In this document: in pieces, positions 20,983 through 30,536 of the stretch | Layout: every line of letters begins with the position of its first letter | Position numbering within the stretch: position 1 is the first letter of the stretch | Source of the DNA: Candidatus Thorarchaeota archaeon | GTDB taxonomy: Archaea > Asgardarchaeota > Thorarchaeia > Thorarchaeales > Thorarchaeaceae | Length of the DNA: 64,000 nucleotides | NCBI GenBank assembly: GCA_963726195.1 | Contig: CAVSBO010000016.1 | Span: 128,001 to 192,000 of the forward strand | Reading direction: 5' to 3' | Notes under the pieces: model-generated | The model's database searches: none | The model's input: only the letters and a program-made list of their open reading frames with translations | Told to the model about the DNA's origin: nothing | Made by a program: the position numbers and the translations under genes

Positions 20983-21674
20983 ATGAGACCTTTGTCAACA
21001 ACCCACAGGAACACCGAACGGATGCTATCTGAAGCAGCGCAGATAATCTCAGGTTTCTGCATTGGAAACGACAACTTGCTCCTTGGCGCGTAAAACGTAC
21101 CCCATACAGAGTATTTCTCGCAGAGTGTCTGCTCGTGCGTACACGTGCTGACATCGTCGCATCTCGATTTGAGACTGTGTTCAACTGTACCTGAACATTG
21201 GGACCTTGGCCAACGCAAATGAAAGCGATTCGCAGAGGTGCGAAAACCTTTTGGCCTCGTGAAGCGAGCAGGTCTGATAATCAAGGCGGGAAATCACATC
21301 TGCGGAAGGCACGGGGGGCGCATACCTTCTGCTATGACTGAGGCTGGATGTGCCCGGAATAAGGCTGTATACGGCCGCGGTAATAAGGGCTCTTGCCTTT
21401 GGCACGGATGATGTACCAGCAGACAGCAATGTCTTCCGCTTTCTGTCTCCGGTTCACTGGCCTCACGGCAGGGCACAGAACAAAGGGTTCCAGTGAGATC
21501 AAGGTCGTTGGTTCCACTGTTGTCCCCGGCGAACAAGGTTCCTACGGCCGAGGCGTTATTGGCTTTCACACGAATCGTATGCAGACCAAGAAACCCAGAA
21601 TGTGCCAAGTGCCTCGTGACATTCTCTTGTCACTATGCTCGGACGAGAAACAGAAGATAGGTCCCTCATCCTGA
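20983..21674 (+). pseudogene. HhH-GPD DNA glycosylase (Mig T/G-mismatch / MutY-like) pseudogene
   Basis: Manual translation: PWRVKRTPYRVFLAECLLVRT (~21081), VPGIRLYTAAVIRALAFG...DSNVFRFL (~21350-21440), Fe-S motif CRPRNPECAKCLVTFSC (~21580-21630); several frameshifts. Confidence 0.85.
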
Positions 21675-21683
21675 CTCTAAACG

Positions 21684-22750
21684 TCAGTGATGGTTAGTAT
21701 GACTTGCATAGGCTCTAAGTAGGGCGAACGCAACTACTCGGGCCAAACGAGGTGGAAATGCGTTCCTACTGCCTTGAACATGATTCCTTCGTGCCAGCGA
21801 ACAGAAAAGAATCCGGAAACGTTTTAAGCGCGCAGCCTCTGTATTGATATGCCTCGGGCTTGTGAAGGATGGATAAATCGACCCTTGGAAGGCTGTATGC
21901 ACCCGGTAGTTATTGTGGGAGAAACGGTATTCCATGCGATTCTGCCATACACATCGTCGTGACCTTCATGCGCAAGGTGGCAGTTGAGTTGTAAGATTGG
22001 CTGGCAGTCGAACCGCTGTCTCGTTCTTTGGAATCGCCTTCAATCGTTGAATGACTAGTCAGACTATGCCGATTGGCATTGTGTTGTGTGTAATCTCTGG
22101 ATGAGTGGCTCGGGCGCAGCATTGGCAGATGGCTGATTGCATCACGCACTGTACGCCATGGCTAAGTTGAGAGACAATGCCATTTTGGGTGCTGCATATG
22201 TTGCTGCTGGCAACTTGGGATTTGCTTTTTCGATGCGATGAGAATGTAGCGCATTCTTCTTTGAGGAACTCATAGTCGGCAGCATCGATAATACCGTCAT
22301 CGAACTTGTACCCATATGCCGGAGATGGGTACGTAGCTCTTGCCATACCAAGTATCGATGACACGAGCCACATTTGCGAACATTACAGCGTTTGGCTGCA
22401 GAGCCTCCACAAGTTTGATGAATATGAGCACCAACTGGTTTCTAGGGTCGGGAACCTAGTGTCTGCGCATTCTACTAAAGCCTTGACATGGGGGACATCT
22501 GACTAGTACATCGAAGAAGCCGGCTTGAAGGCAATAGGGCCATGAATGAGGTCCCCGATGATCGCTTGGCTAGCCAAGTTCTGAGAGAAATTATGACAAG
22601 AGTCGTAGTCAATATCGATACCGACTTAGCTCGATGGTATTCTCAATCGGTGTAATGCCTGAGTGCGCGAAGGGCCGTTCCTCCAGCGCCACAGAACAAA
22701 TCAAGTATCCGGGTAGGCCTTGTCTGTGTGTCTGCGGTGTTGTGTTTCAA
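21684..22750 (-). pseudogene. dcm: DNA (cytosine-5)-methyltransferase pseudogene
   Basis: Manual translation: motif I DLFCGAGG (~22690), motif IV CPPCQGFS (~22485), DPRN, motif VI MFANV, motif VIII DY-VPQRRMR, YGRIAW...PTIT...GRFIHP, motif IX EAARL, motif X NAFPP; in-frame TAG and many frameshifts. Confidence 0.92.
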
Positions 22751-22786
22751 GGTCTTGTCACACGCGAAAGTCCAGAGATGTCTCTT

Positions 22787-22987
22787 TCATCGACTGCTAG
22801 TGGAAGCAGACTTATCCTCTTGCTGGCTCTCTTGAAGGAAACGTTCAATGAGAGTTTGGACCGTTTTGCTGGCCTCACGCTGATGAGAGTACCTCCAGAT
22901 CAGATGCTTGAGAAACTTGTCCCAGACATCTTCGTCTATGTGGAGAGTGACTTTCCTCTTCTTCGCCTTCTTTAACTTCTCCTGCAT
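22787..22987 (-). CDS. Ribbon-helix-helix (CopG/Arc-like) DNA-binding protein
   Basis: KRKVTLHIDEDVWDKF...ASKTVQTLIERFL beta-alpha-alpha pattern; directly upstream of the MTase. Confidence 0.7.
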   Translation of the reverse strand: MQEKLKKAKKRKVTLHIDEDVWDKFLKHLIWRYSHQREASKTVQTLIERFLQESQQEDKSASTSSR

Positions 22988-23058
22988 TATGCTGGCCGAC
23001 ATGCACATATGCGCTCATTGCAATTATCCGTTATGGACGTAGGGAAGCGATTAGTCAG

Positions 23059-23090
23059 TCTAGGCTGCTAGCCGTCTAGCATGCTAGCGG
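23059..23090. promoter_or_regulatory. Array of four CTAG palindromes at exact 8-bp period in the divergent RHH/HerA promoter (putative operator)
   Basis: TCTAGGCT GCTAGCCG TCTAGCAT GCTAGCGG; CTAG at 23060, 23068, 23076, 23084; contains the perfect palindrome CTAGCATGCTAG. Confidence 0.65.
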
Positions 23091-23132
23091 TTTTTCGCCA
23101 ATCTAATATACAAAAGAACCTATCGTTCTGCC

Positions 23133-24698
23133 GTGGTTTATTTGGCAAGCGAAAAGAGCAAAATCGGCAGAGTCGTGGCGACAGAAGGAAGCCCTTCCTT
23201 TACGCAAATTGACATCCGTTTGGATTCTGCGAACAGTGTTATCCCCGGTCAGTTACTTTATTGTGATTTGACCAACAGCGAAACGGAGAAGCAGTATGTG
23301 ATACTCCGCGTGGCAACCGCTTGGGAATACAACAGGTATGAGAACCCGCTGAGTCCACAGGTTCGCGAGGTTTTCAGCATCGACTCCTCAAGGGGCCGAG
23401 AGGATTTGCTGGAAAAGTTCGTACTAGCCCGCACGCAGGCCCTCGAGGTCTTGCGTGTTGAACAGGACGGCAAATCCGTTTCAGATGATCCCAGCATCAT
23501 AGTTCCTGCAGGGACAGAGGTTTTTCGGATGGAACCGGACGTGTTCAAGAGAACCATGGGATTTTTGGACGACGCTGCAGGTGCAGGCTTGAACGTCGGC
23601 ACCGTGGCCGGGAGCACAAGCACCAGTGTCATAATAGATGCGAACAGTGCATTGCCCCGGCACATCCTCGTGGTCGGCTCAACAGGCACAGGGAAATCAT
23701 ACTTGCTCGGTGTAATCGCGGAGCAGCTGAGCTGCCCTTGGAATCAGACATGTGAACGTTGACGTGCACGGAGAGTCATGCAAGGCTACCGAGGAGCTGA
23801 GGAGGCCAGAACTATGTTCCGGGTGTTCAAATGAAGGTGCGCCTCTCGTCTCTAGCAGAACCTGAGCTTCTTGAGATGATTCCCATACAGCATCAGCTGC
23901 ACGAAGAAATCGTTCAGAAAGCCTTCATCAATCTGAAGAAGACTGGGAAGCCCTTTGATGTCGACGATTTGGTGGCCGAAGCCCAGGAAGTGGGCTCGGA
24001 ATATGGAGCAAAAGGGCCGACCATTGCGATAGTAACTGCGAGAATCGAGTCTCTCAAGTCCGTCTCATTTATTGGGTCGGGATTTGATTGGCAGAAGGCT
24101 CTAGCCCCGAGTGGGGCCTTCATCAACCTTGACTGCCCGCGAACTCGGCCACTCTGAGCTGCAGGCTGTTGTTGGCGCAGTGGCCAGAGAGCTCATGGGT
24201 CTGCGTAAGAAGGGAATCATAGGACCGCTGGTCATGTCCATGGATGAAGCACACCTGTTCCTGCCCGCTGGACAGACATCAACATCATCTCAGGTGCTTG
24301 CCGAGCGAATAAGATTCGGAAGACACCACGGCATGGGAATCATAGTCGCAACCCAGAGCCCGGTCGATATTGACAGACGCATAGCCAAGATTACCAATAC
24401 CCGCTTCATATTTGCAATAGAACCATCAGAGCTGCCGTCCATAGCAGGCCTGCTAGGCGATGCGCCGCCCGAACTGATACAGGCACTTCCGAGATTCAAG
24501 GTTGGAACGTGCCTCTTGGTCGGAAGCAGGGAAACGGTGAAGCACTCATTGGTGATTCAAGTAAGAAAGAGATTGACAACCCACGGAGGAGAAACACCTA
24601 TGATGACGGATGTTGGTCGAAAAGCGCCCAAAGAGACCGGGAGGTTGACGAGCAGTGACGGAACTCAGAGAACGCGTTCTAGAACTCCTAGGGAGTGA
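23133..24698 (+). CDS. herA: HerA helicase/translocase (HAS barrel + ATPase), split across three ORFs by frameshifts
   Basis: IGRVVATEGSPS (HAS barrel), RHILVVGSTGTGKS, DVHGE, VMSMDEAHLF, RFGRHHGMGIIVATQSP. Confidence 0.87.
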
Positions 24699-26666
24699 GG
24701 ACAGGGCACTAGCGCTCGGTGAGATACTCGAGCTGCTAGATGAGGAAGGGCTCGGCATCTCGCCTCTGAGACAGATTCTGAAGGAACTGGCTGACGAATC
24801 CAAGGGAATTGCACTCCCTGAGAAGACAGGTGTGGGAGGACGTCCGAAGCTGCTGTATCGCGCCATATCCGAGAGAGCCGTCCGCTCCTCACTTGCCAGG
24901 GCAGATATCGAACCCGAAGCAATTCGTGACGAACAACCTACTCTATATCGTCAGATACTAGAGCAGTCACTCGGCCGCTATGCGAACGTGCACCCTGAAG
25001 AAAGGAGGAGACTTTTCGCTGAGACGGCTCGGCGACTACGGCAAGAGAATCCTGCAGAGTCTCTTTCTACGCTTTGCACGATGGCTGAAGGAACGCTACG
25101 AAGAAGAGCTGGAATCGATGCGCAAGTGCATCAACCAAGGAAAGAAGAAGGATGCACAACGCCATCAGGAAATGCTTGCCCTCATGGAGGACGTATCAAC
25201 TCGGATATTCGATCGGCTTCTAGGAGTGCCTCGTAGAATAGTGATTGACAGACTCCGGTGTTGTGAGGTTGGCTGATGGGCCTTTCTTGCTCGCTAAAGA
25301 CAGGAATCAAGAAAGCCAAGCCAAACTTGACGAAGAGGTGACACGCAAGTACTTGGGCTACTCGATTCACGGTCAGTCTGTCATCGAGACTCTCAAGACC
25401 GAGAAGCCCGAGTTCCCGGTGCATATGGGCGGGACGGACGTATCCGTTCAACCAATTGGTCTCAGCGAGGTACTGCCTTGGAGCACAAGAGGGGCTGATG
25501 CCCAAATTCTGACAGCGGTCGGTGTGAGGTATGACATGTACAGACGAGTTCAGGATATCGAAAGATACCCCGACCCGAAGATGTTGGCCCAGTATGAGAG
25601 GCGACAGGCAATCGAGGAAGGACTGCTCATCCCGCCACCGGGCACAATAACATTCCCGTGGGACATGGAATCCAAGGTGAGAGAAGCTGCAATGGACCTA
25701 AGGCAATACAAGAAGGACTTTGAGCTCATGTTCGAAAAAGACCCTGCGTGCACCGTGCACTTCAGAGACGGCAGAATACTTCCACTTGAGCATCGGATGG
25801 CAGATGCCGTTCACGGCGGCCTCCACGGAGAGATTGTGCGGTACGCACTAAAGACTTTCAAAAACATAGTCAATGTTGTTGGCGCGGATGAGGGAAGAGT
25901 CTTGTACTGCGGGTACGTGAAGCGGCCAGGTGTAGATATCATTGCCGCACTTGTGGCTTGGTATATGGGATTTGGGTCTGCCCAAGAGGGTTCGAAATCT
26001 ATCGACCCTGAAATGACCCTTGAGCAGCTGCTCACTTACCCGGAGGGTGACGACCAAGTGATTGCTGAACTCTTTCTGGCATTGAAGGACACGCTTGGTC
26101 AGGGTGAGTTCCTAACCACGTTCAGGCTACTTCGAAGATTCCCGTCGCTGGAGGAGGACTACATCCGCTACTTCCCGCCTTCAACAAACAGGAAAGAATG
26201 GGAGAATCGGCTTTCGAGTTATCGACAAATGCTGGATGGACTGCCCGATGACACTACTGGCATTGACCTAATTGCGACACTCTGCGCCCGAGCAGCTGTT
26301 CTGTCCTTCTATACGAGTCTGACCAATCTGGACAGCCCCGGTTACTCCTCAGTACTATCGATTCCCCGACTTGAGATACTGATTCCCTACCCAGAGCTTG
26401 AGATGATGCTTGAAGGCAAGGGACACGCGCTGCGCGAACTTGACTATGTGAGAAGACTGCTAAGTCTGCTCCAACATCCGGGCGCGCTTGACCGATATCC
26501 GGACGCTCTCTTCTTCCAGCAGGAATCACCAAGAGTATTCTTGGCCCCGAGAACTATCTGCGAAGCGCACACTGCAGCCAAAGGGATTGCACTTGTATAC
26601 AAGGACGACATCCTGAACCTCTTGGTAAAAGAGGCGAAAATCCTCTGGAATTCTCGGGAAAGATAG
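24655..26666 (+). CDS. nurA: NurA-family nuclease with N-terminal winged-helix and helical extension, frameshifted
   Basis: NurA-like motifs MGGTDVS, VHFRDGRILP, YCGYVKRP, ICEAH..AK; N-terminal wHTH (LRQILKELADE...GVGGRPKLLYR); overlaps the herA end. Confidence 0.7.
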
Positions 26667-27223
26667 ACCCCGAAGGTTCGGAACGGCTTCTGGACGAACT
26701 GCGGAGAGCATCACCACGATCCACTCTGTAAAGCCCGTCAGTTGGTGGTCATCATGCCGCGGAGACGGTCATATCAATGATCCGGATATGCATTGCACAT
26801 ACAATGCCGTAGGAGCGGTATCGAGTATATGAAACAGTGGAAGAACGACTCTCAAGACCAGTATACCGTTGCGGTCGAGCCACACTTCTCGGTATGCTCC
26901 TGTTGAGTTGTGGGACAGGAATCGCTTCGCCGCGGCATACATCCTTTTCCCTGAAAGGGCCGAGAACTACGATTACGTTGTGTCTATAATGGTCTCGCCG
27001 CGCTACAGAATCAGGTACGGAGAAACCTGTCATGATACGAAGCAGCGGGCAACCATGGGGTCCGCTTAGCCTAACGGTACAGGTGTCATGGAGATTCTAG
27101 CCGATGCTTGTTTTGATTACGACAGAGTCTTTCGAGGCGAGCAGATAGAGCGTACTGACACGCGGCGGGTGCGAATCATTTAAGTGAGTTAGGATAACTT
27201 GGAAGAACTGGAGGAACAGAACT

Positions 27224-27496
27224 TTGTCGAAGGATGACCGATTCATATTCCCAGACCCGACTCCAATACCCAGTGAAAAAGCCTCCGTAGGTAGGGGGAA
27301 GAAGATGTTGGAAGCACAGGTGAAGAATTATCTCAACAAGCATGCTGACAAGTGGATTTTCGTATATGAAGTGGAAGCGGCACTGAAAGCGTCTGATGAG
27401 GACATCTCGGAAACTGCCAGACAGTTGGGCTATCATGTCCATCATTCGGTGCACGCTGACACCCTTGACAAGATAGTCAAGTTCACAAAGAAGTGA
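27224..27496 (+). CDS. Small hypothetical protein (possible wHTH)
   Basis: 90-aa ORF with GGAGG upstream and plausible composition. Confidence 0.55.
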   Translation: MSKDDRFIFPDPTPIPSEKASVGRGKKMLEAQVKNYLNKHADKWIFVYEVEAALKASDEDISETARQLGYHVHHSVHADTLDKIVKFTKK

Positions 27497-27767
27497 ATCA
27501 CAACCATTGGCCGGGTGGGACCTCCGACAGCCTCTAAGGCCTGCAGCACTCCCACAATACAGAGGCAAGACCTGAAACAGTCGTATGAGTGCAGATGTTC
27601 GTCTTTGTGCAGGTTATCAGCAGCTACCACTGGCCCACAGAACGTCGGATGCCACGGTTGACTTTAAAGAGGTTACGGTGTTGCGTTGCCTAGTGATGAC
27701 GCAACTAATATAACGAAGTGACCCCCTGCGGCTTAGCGCCGCCTAATCCCAGAAGGATGTGCACGAA

Positions 27768-29090
27768 ATGAGCGAACACAAGAAGCTATACGACAAGGTG
27801 TTCAGTCTGATAGAACAGCATGACAAGTGGATGACCAAGACCATTAACCTGATTGCATCGGAAAACGTTTCATCACCCGCTGTAAGGTCTGCGATAGTCT
27901 GTGACTTTCGGGATCGCTATGCAGAAGGATGGCCGGGAGAGCGAGTCTATGCAGGATGTACGTACATCGATCAGGTCGAATTGATTTGTATTGACCTAGC
28001 GAAGAAGCTGTTCAGAGCTGAGTTTGCTGATGTGCGTCCGGTCTCAGGGGTGGTTGCAAACCTCATGATGTACACTGCAATGATGCCGCCTGGTGCCAGG
28101 ATGATGGCTCTGTCAATCGCTCATGGAGGACACATCTCACACGCAAGAGAAGACCTCGGCGGCACGGCCGGAGCGGTCAGAGGCCACAAGGTTCGCAACT
28201 ATGCATTCAACGAAGAGGAATTCAACATCGATGTTGATGAGAGCATAAAGGACATCCGGAGCCTAGAGGCTGAAGGGAAGCACACTGAGTTCCTGCTCTT
28301 TGGCGGAAGCGTCTTTCTCTTCCCTCATCCCGTCAAGGAGTTTCGTGATGTTGCAGACGAGTTCGGGATGCACATAGGATACGACTCTGCTCACGTTTCA
28401 GGGCTAATTGCTGCCGGGCGTTTCCAAGACCCATTAAGGGAGGGCGCCGATATCGTTACTGCTTCCACACACAAAACCATGCCTGGGCCGCAGCATGGCA
28501 TGGTGCTGGCAAAGCCCGAGTTTGCAGACCGTGTCAAACAAGCTGCATTTCCAGCGATGCTGAGTAACCACCATCTGCATAATGTGGCGGGTCTGGCTAT
28601 TGCTCTGGCTGAGATGACAGAGTTCGGAGAGAAGTACGCGGACCAGATTATCAAGAACTCTAAGGCACTTGCTCAAGCGCTCTACGATCGTGGCTGGAAG
28701 GTAGTGGCGGCTGACAAGGGTTTCACCCAGTCCCACACGATTCTCATCGATGTGTCAGAAACACCGATGAAGAATGGTCGAACTGTAGAAGAAGAGCTCG
28801 AGAAGGCTAACATAATCATCAATCGGAACTTGCTTCCATGGGACAAGAAGATGGGGCGCGACTACAAGAAACCCGGTGGCATTCGCCTCGGCACCAGCGA
28901 GATGACCAGACTTGGTATGAAAGAGTCTGAGATGGATGCAATAGCCGAGCTCATTCACCGCGTGGTAATGAAAGGCGAGGATGTCAAGAAGATAGCCGCT
29001 GAAGTCGAAACGTTCAGGAAGAACTACCAGAGGGTGCAGTACGCCTTCGATACACAGACACCTGCGTATGCCCACTTGAGATTCAAGTAG
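27768..29090 (+). CDS. glyA: Serine hydroxymethyltransferase
   Basis: INLIASEN, RYAEG.PG.R.Y.G, STHKT.PGPQ, GIRLGT. Confidence 0.97.
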   Translation: MSEHKKLYDKVFSLIEQHDKWMTKTINLIASENVSSPAVRSAIVCDFRDRYAEGWPGERVYAGCTYIDQVELICIDLAKKLFRAEFADVRPVSGVVANLMMYTAMMPPGARMMALSIAHGGHISHAREDLGGTAGAVRGHKVRNYAFNEEEFNIDVDESIKDIRSLEAEGKHTEFLLFGGSVFLFPHPVKEFRDVADEFGMHIGYDSAHVSGLIAAGRFQDPLREGADIVTASTHKTMPGPQHGMVLAKPEFADRVKQAAFPAMLSNHHLHNVAGLAIALAEMTEFGEKYADQIIKNSKALAQALYDRGWKVVAADKGFTQSHTILIDVSETPMKNGRTVEEELEKANIIINRNLLPWDKKMGRDYKKPGGIRLGTSEMTRLGMKESEMDAIAELIHRVVMKGEDVKKIAAEVETFRKNYQRVQYAFDTQTPAYAHLRFK

Positions 29091-29129
29091 CATTCGAAAG
29101 AAGCATTGGTCTCTATGCAGGGGATCCGA

Positions 29130-29426
29130 ATGGAGATAATAGAAGCACAAGAACTCATGCGCCGCATTTACTATGAAAGAGACGCTGCAAGAGGAGTCGA
29201 CAGGACTCTGATTAGGACCTTTGAGGAACTCGGAGAACTCAGTGATGCTGTGCTGAAAAAGAAGAGCCGCGCGGCCGTCGCAGACGAGATGGCGGATGTC
29301 TTTGCATGGATATGCTCATTGGCAAACCTGCTGAGTGTGGACCTGTCTTCGGCCTTAACCAAGAAGTACAACGGTGTATGCTCCCGATGTAAGAAAGCGC
29401 CTTGCGAATGCGCTGACACGCCCTAG
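29130..29426 (+). CDS. MazG-like nucleotide pyrophosphohydrolase
   Basis: EELGELSDA...DEMADVFAW, C-terminal CxxC..PC.C. Confidence 0.88.
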   Translation: MEIIEAQELMRRIYYERDAARGVDRTLIRTFEELGELSDAVLKKKSRAAVADEMADVFAWICSLANLLSVDLSSALTKKYNGVCSRCKKAPCECADTP

Positions 29427-29527
29427 ACTATTCCGCCCTTATGGACATCCAGTCAGCAATTTGGTTGATGGGTCAAAAGAATTAAAAGCTCAGGACCAAG
29501 ATAGCCTCAGGCCTAGGAGACAAGACA

Positions 29528-29707
29528 ATGCCAAAGACTGCTAAGAAAAAGAAGGGCAAAAGAGGTGAAGGACCAATGCCCTCAGGAGGCGCAGGGCTCA
29601 TCAGGTTCTTTGAGGATGAGACACCGGGCGTCAAGATAGGTCCAACTGTCGTCGTGATATTTGCAGCGGTCCTGGTGATCCTCACAGTCGCAGCCCATAT
29701 CCTGTAG
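29528..29707 (+). CDS. secG: Preprotein translocase subunit Sec61beta/SecG (59 aa, not in the ORF track)
   Basis: MPKTAKKKKGK...GAGLIRFFEDETPGVKIGP followed by a TM helix. Confidence 0.9.
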   Translation: MPKTAKKKKGKRGEGPMPSGGAGLIRFFEDETPGVKIGPTVVVIFAAVLVILTVAAHIL

Positions 29708-29797
29708 TTTTCACTCGGTTAGCTTTGCGATGCCGCGCCCCAAGGGTTATAAACAGCTCACTGCGGGTGGTGACGGCTCAATGCTGGTGATCCTGAC

Positions 29798-30079
29798 ATG
29801 AACATTAAAGGGTCGATGAACAAGTACTGTCCAAGATGCCACAAGTACACTGAGCATACCATATCCACATACAAGAAGGGTCAGGATCGAAACAGGGCAC
29901 AGGGAAAGCGGAGAATGGACAGACATACCAAAGGCTACGGTTCTTTTCCAAAGCCGATACAGCATCGTTTCGCCAAGACCACAAAGAAGACCGCACTCAA
30001 GTACAAGTGCAAGGACTGCGGATATATAATCCAGACGAAGGGCATGAGACTGAAGAGGCTTGAAGTAGTCAGAACTTAG
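29798..30079 (+). CDS. rpl44e: 50S ribosomal protein L44e
   Basis: YCPRCHKYTEH, GYGSFPKP, AKTTKK, CKDCG. Confidence 0.96.
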   Translation: MNIKGSMNKYCPRCHKYTEHTISTYKKGQDRNRAQGKRRMDRHTKGYGSFPKPIQHRFAKTTKKTALKYKCKDCGYIIQTKGMRLKRLEVVRT

Positions 30080-30291
30080 TCACAGGAGAGTCACCGAGTC
30101 GGCTCGTGAGTGATTCAAATCCCTTGCCATCATTTCTTTCAGCAACAAAGGACCCTATCTTCGATTAGTAGTATTGACGTTATGTCGATAGAGTTATAAT
30201 GAAACTCCCACCCGGCCGTAATGAGTGCCTAGGTAGGGCACCCTTTGCCGACTAGAGCACACGAATGTTACTAACGATAGCGGTGGTATTA

Positions 30292-30492
30292 TTGACTAAA
30301 GGTGATGTCGTTCAACAGCCCCGTTCGCGATTTCTGAAAGTCAAGTGTTTGGACTGTGAGAATGAACAGATCATCTTCGGATATGCCACGACCGAAGTAA
30401 AATGCCTCAAGTGTGGAAAAGTCTTGGCTAAGCCCAGTGGAGGAAAGGCAAGACTGGAAACCAATGCCAGAGAAGTCGAGACCCTTCAATAG
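30292..30492 (+). CDS. rps27e: 30S ribosomal protein S27e
   Basis: PRSRFLKVKCLDCENEQIIF, CLKCG, PSGGKA. Confidence 0.96.
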   Translation: MTKGDVVQQPRSRFLKVKCLDCENEQIIFGYATTEVKCLKCGKVLAKPSGGKARLETNAREVETLQ

Positions 30493-30536
30493 GGAATGTC
30501 TATAGTCTCGTGCCAGTCTGGGGGGCTCGTGAACCG

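Larger units (their letters stand above)
15700..27150. mobile_element. Putative genomic (defence/transfer) island adjacent to tRNA-Lys; no integrase or att repeat identified
   Basis: Block of non-housekeeping genes (two HerA-like ATPases, LAGLIDADG-like protein, MTase and glycosylase pseudogenes, NurA) between housekeeping regions. Confidence 0.6.

Noticed and set aside
22059-22373. ORF with PAYGYKF read as a serine recombinase fragment
   Set aside because: It is part of the C5 MTase pseudogene, just ahead of motif VIII.
27627-27636. CCACTGGCCC identical to the tRNA-Lys 5' end, as a possible att site
   Set aside because: Only 10 bp, expected by chance, and no integrase is seen.
27509-30217. 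Shared 12-mer TCCCACCCGGCC in two intergenic regions on opposite strands
   Set aside because: 12-mer matches are expected by chance at this window size and the flanks do not align.
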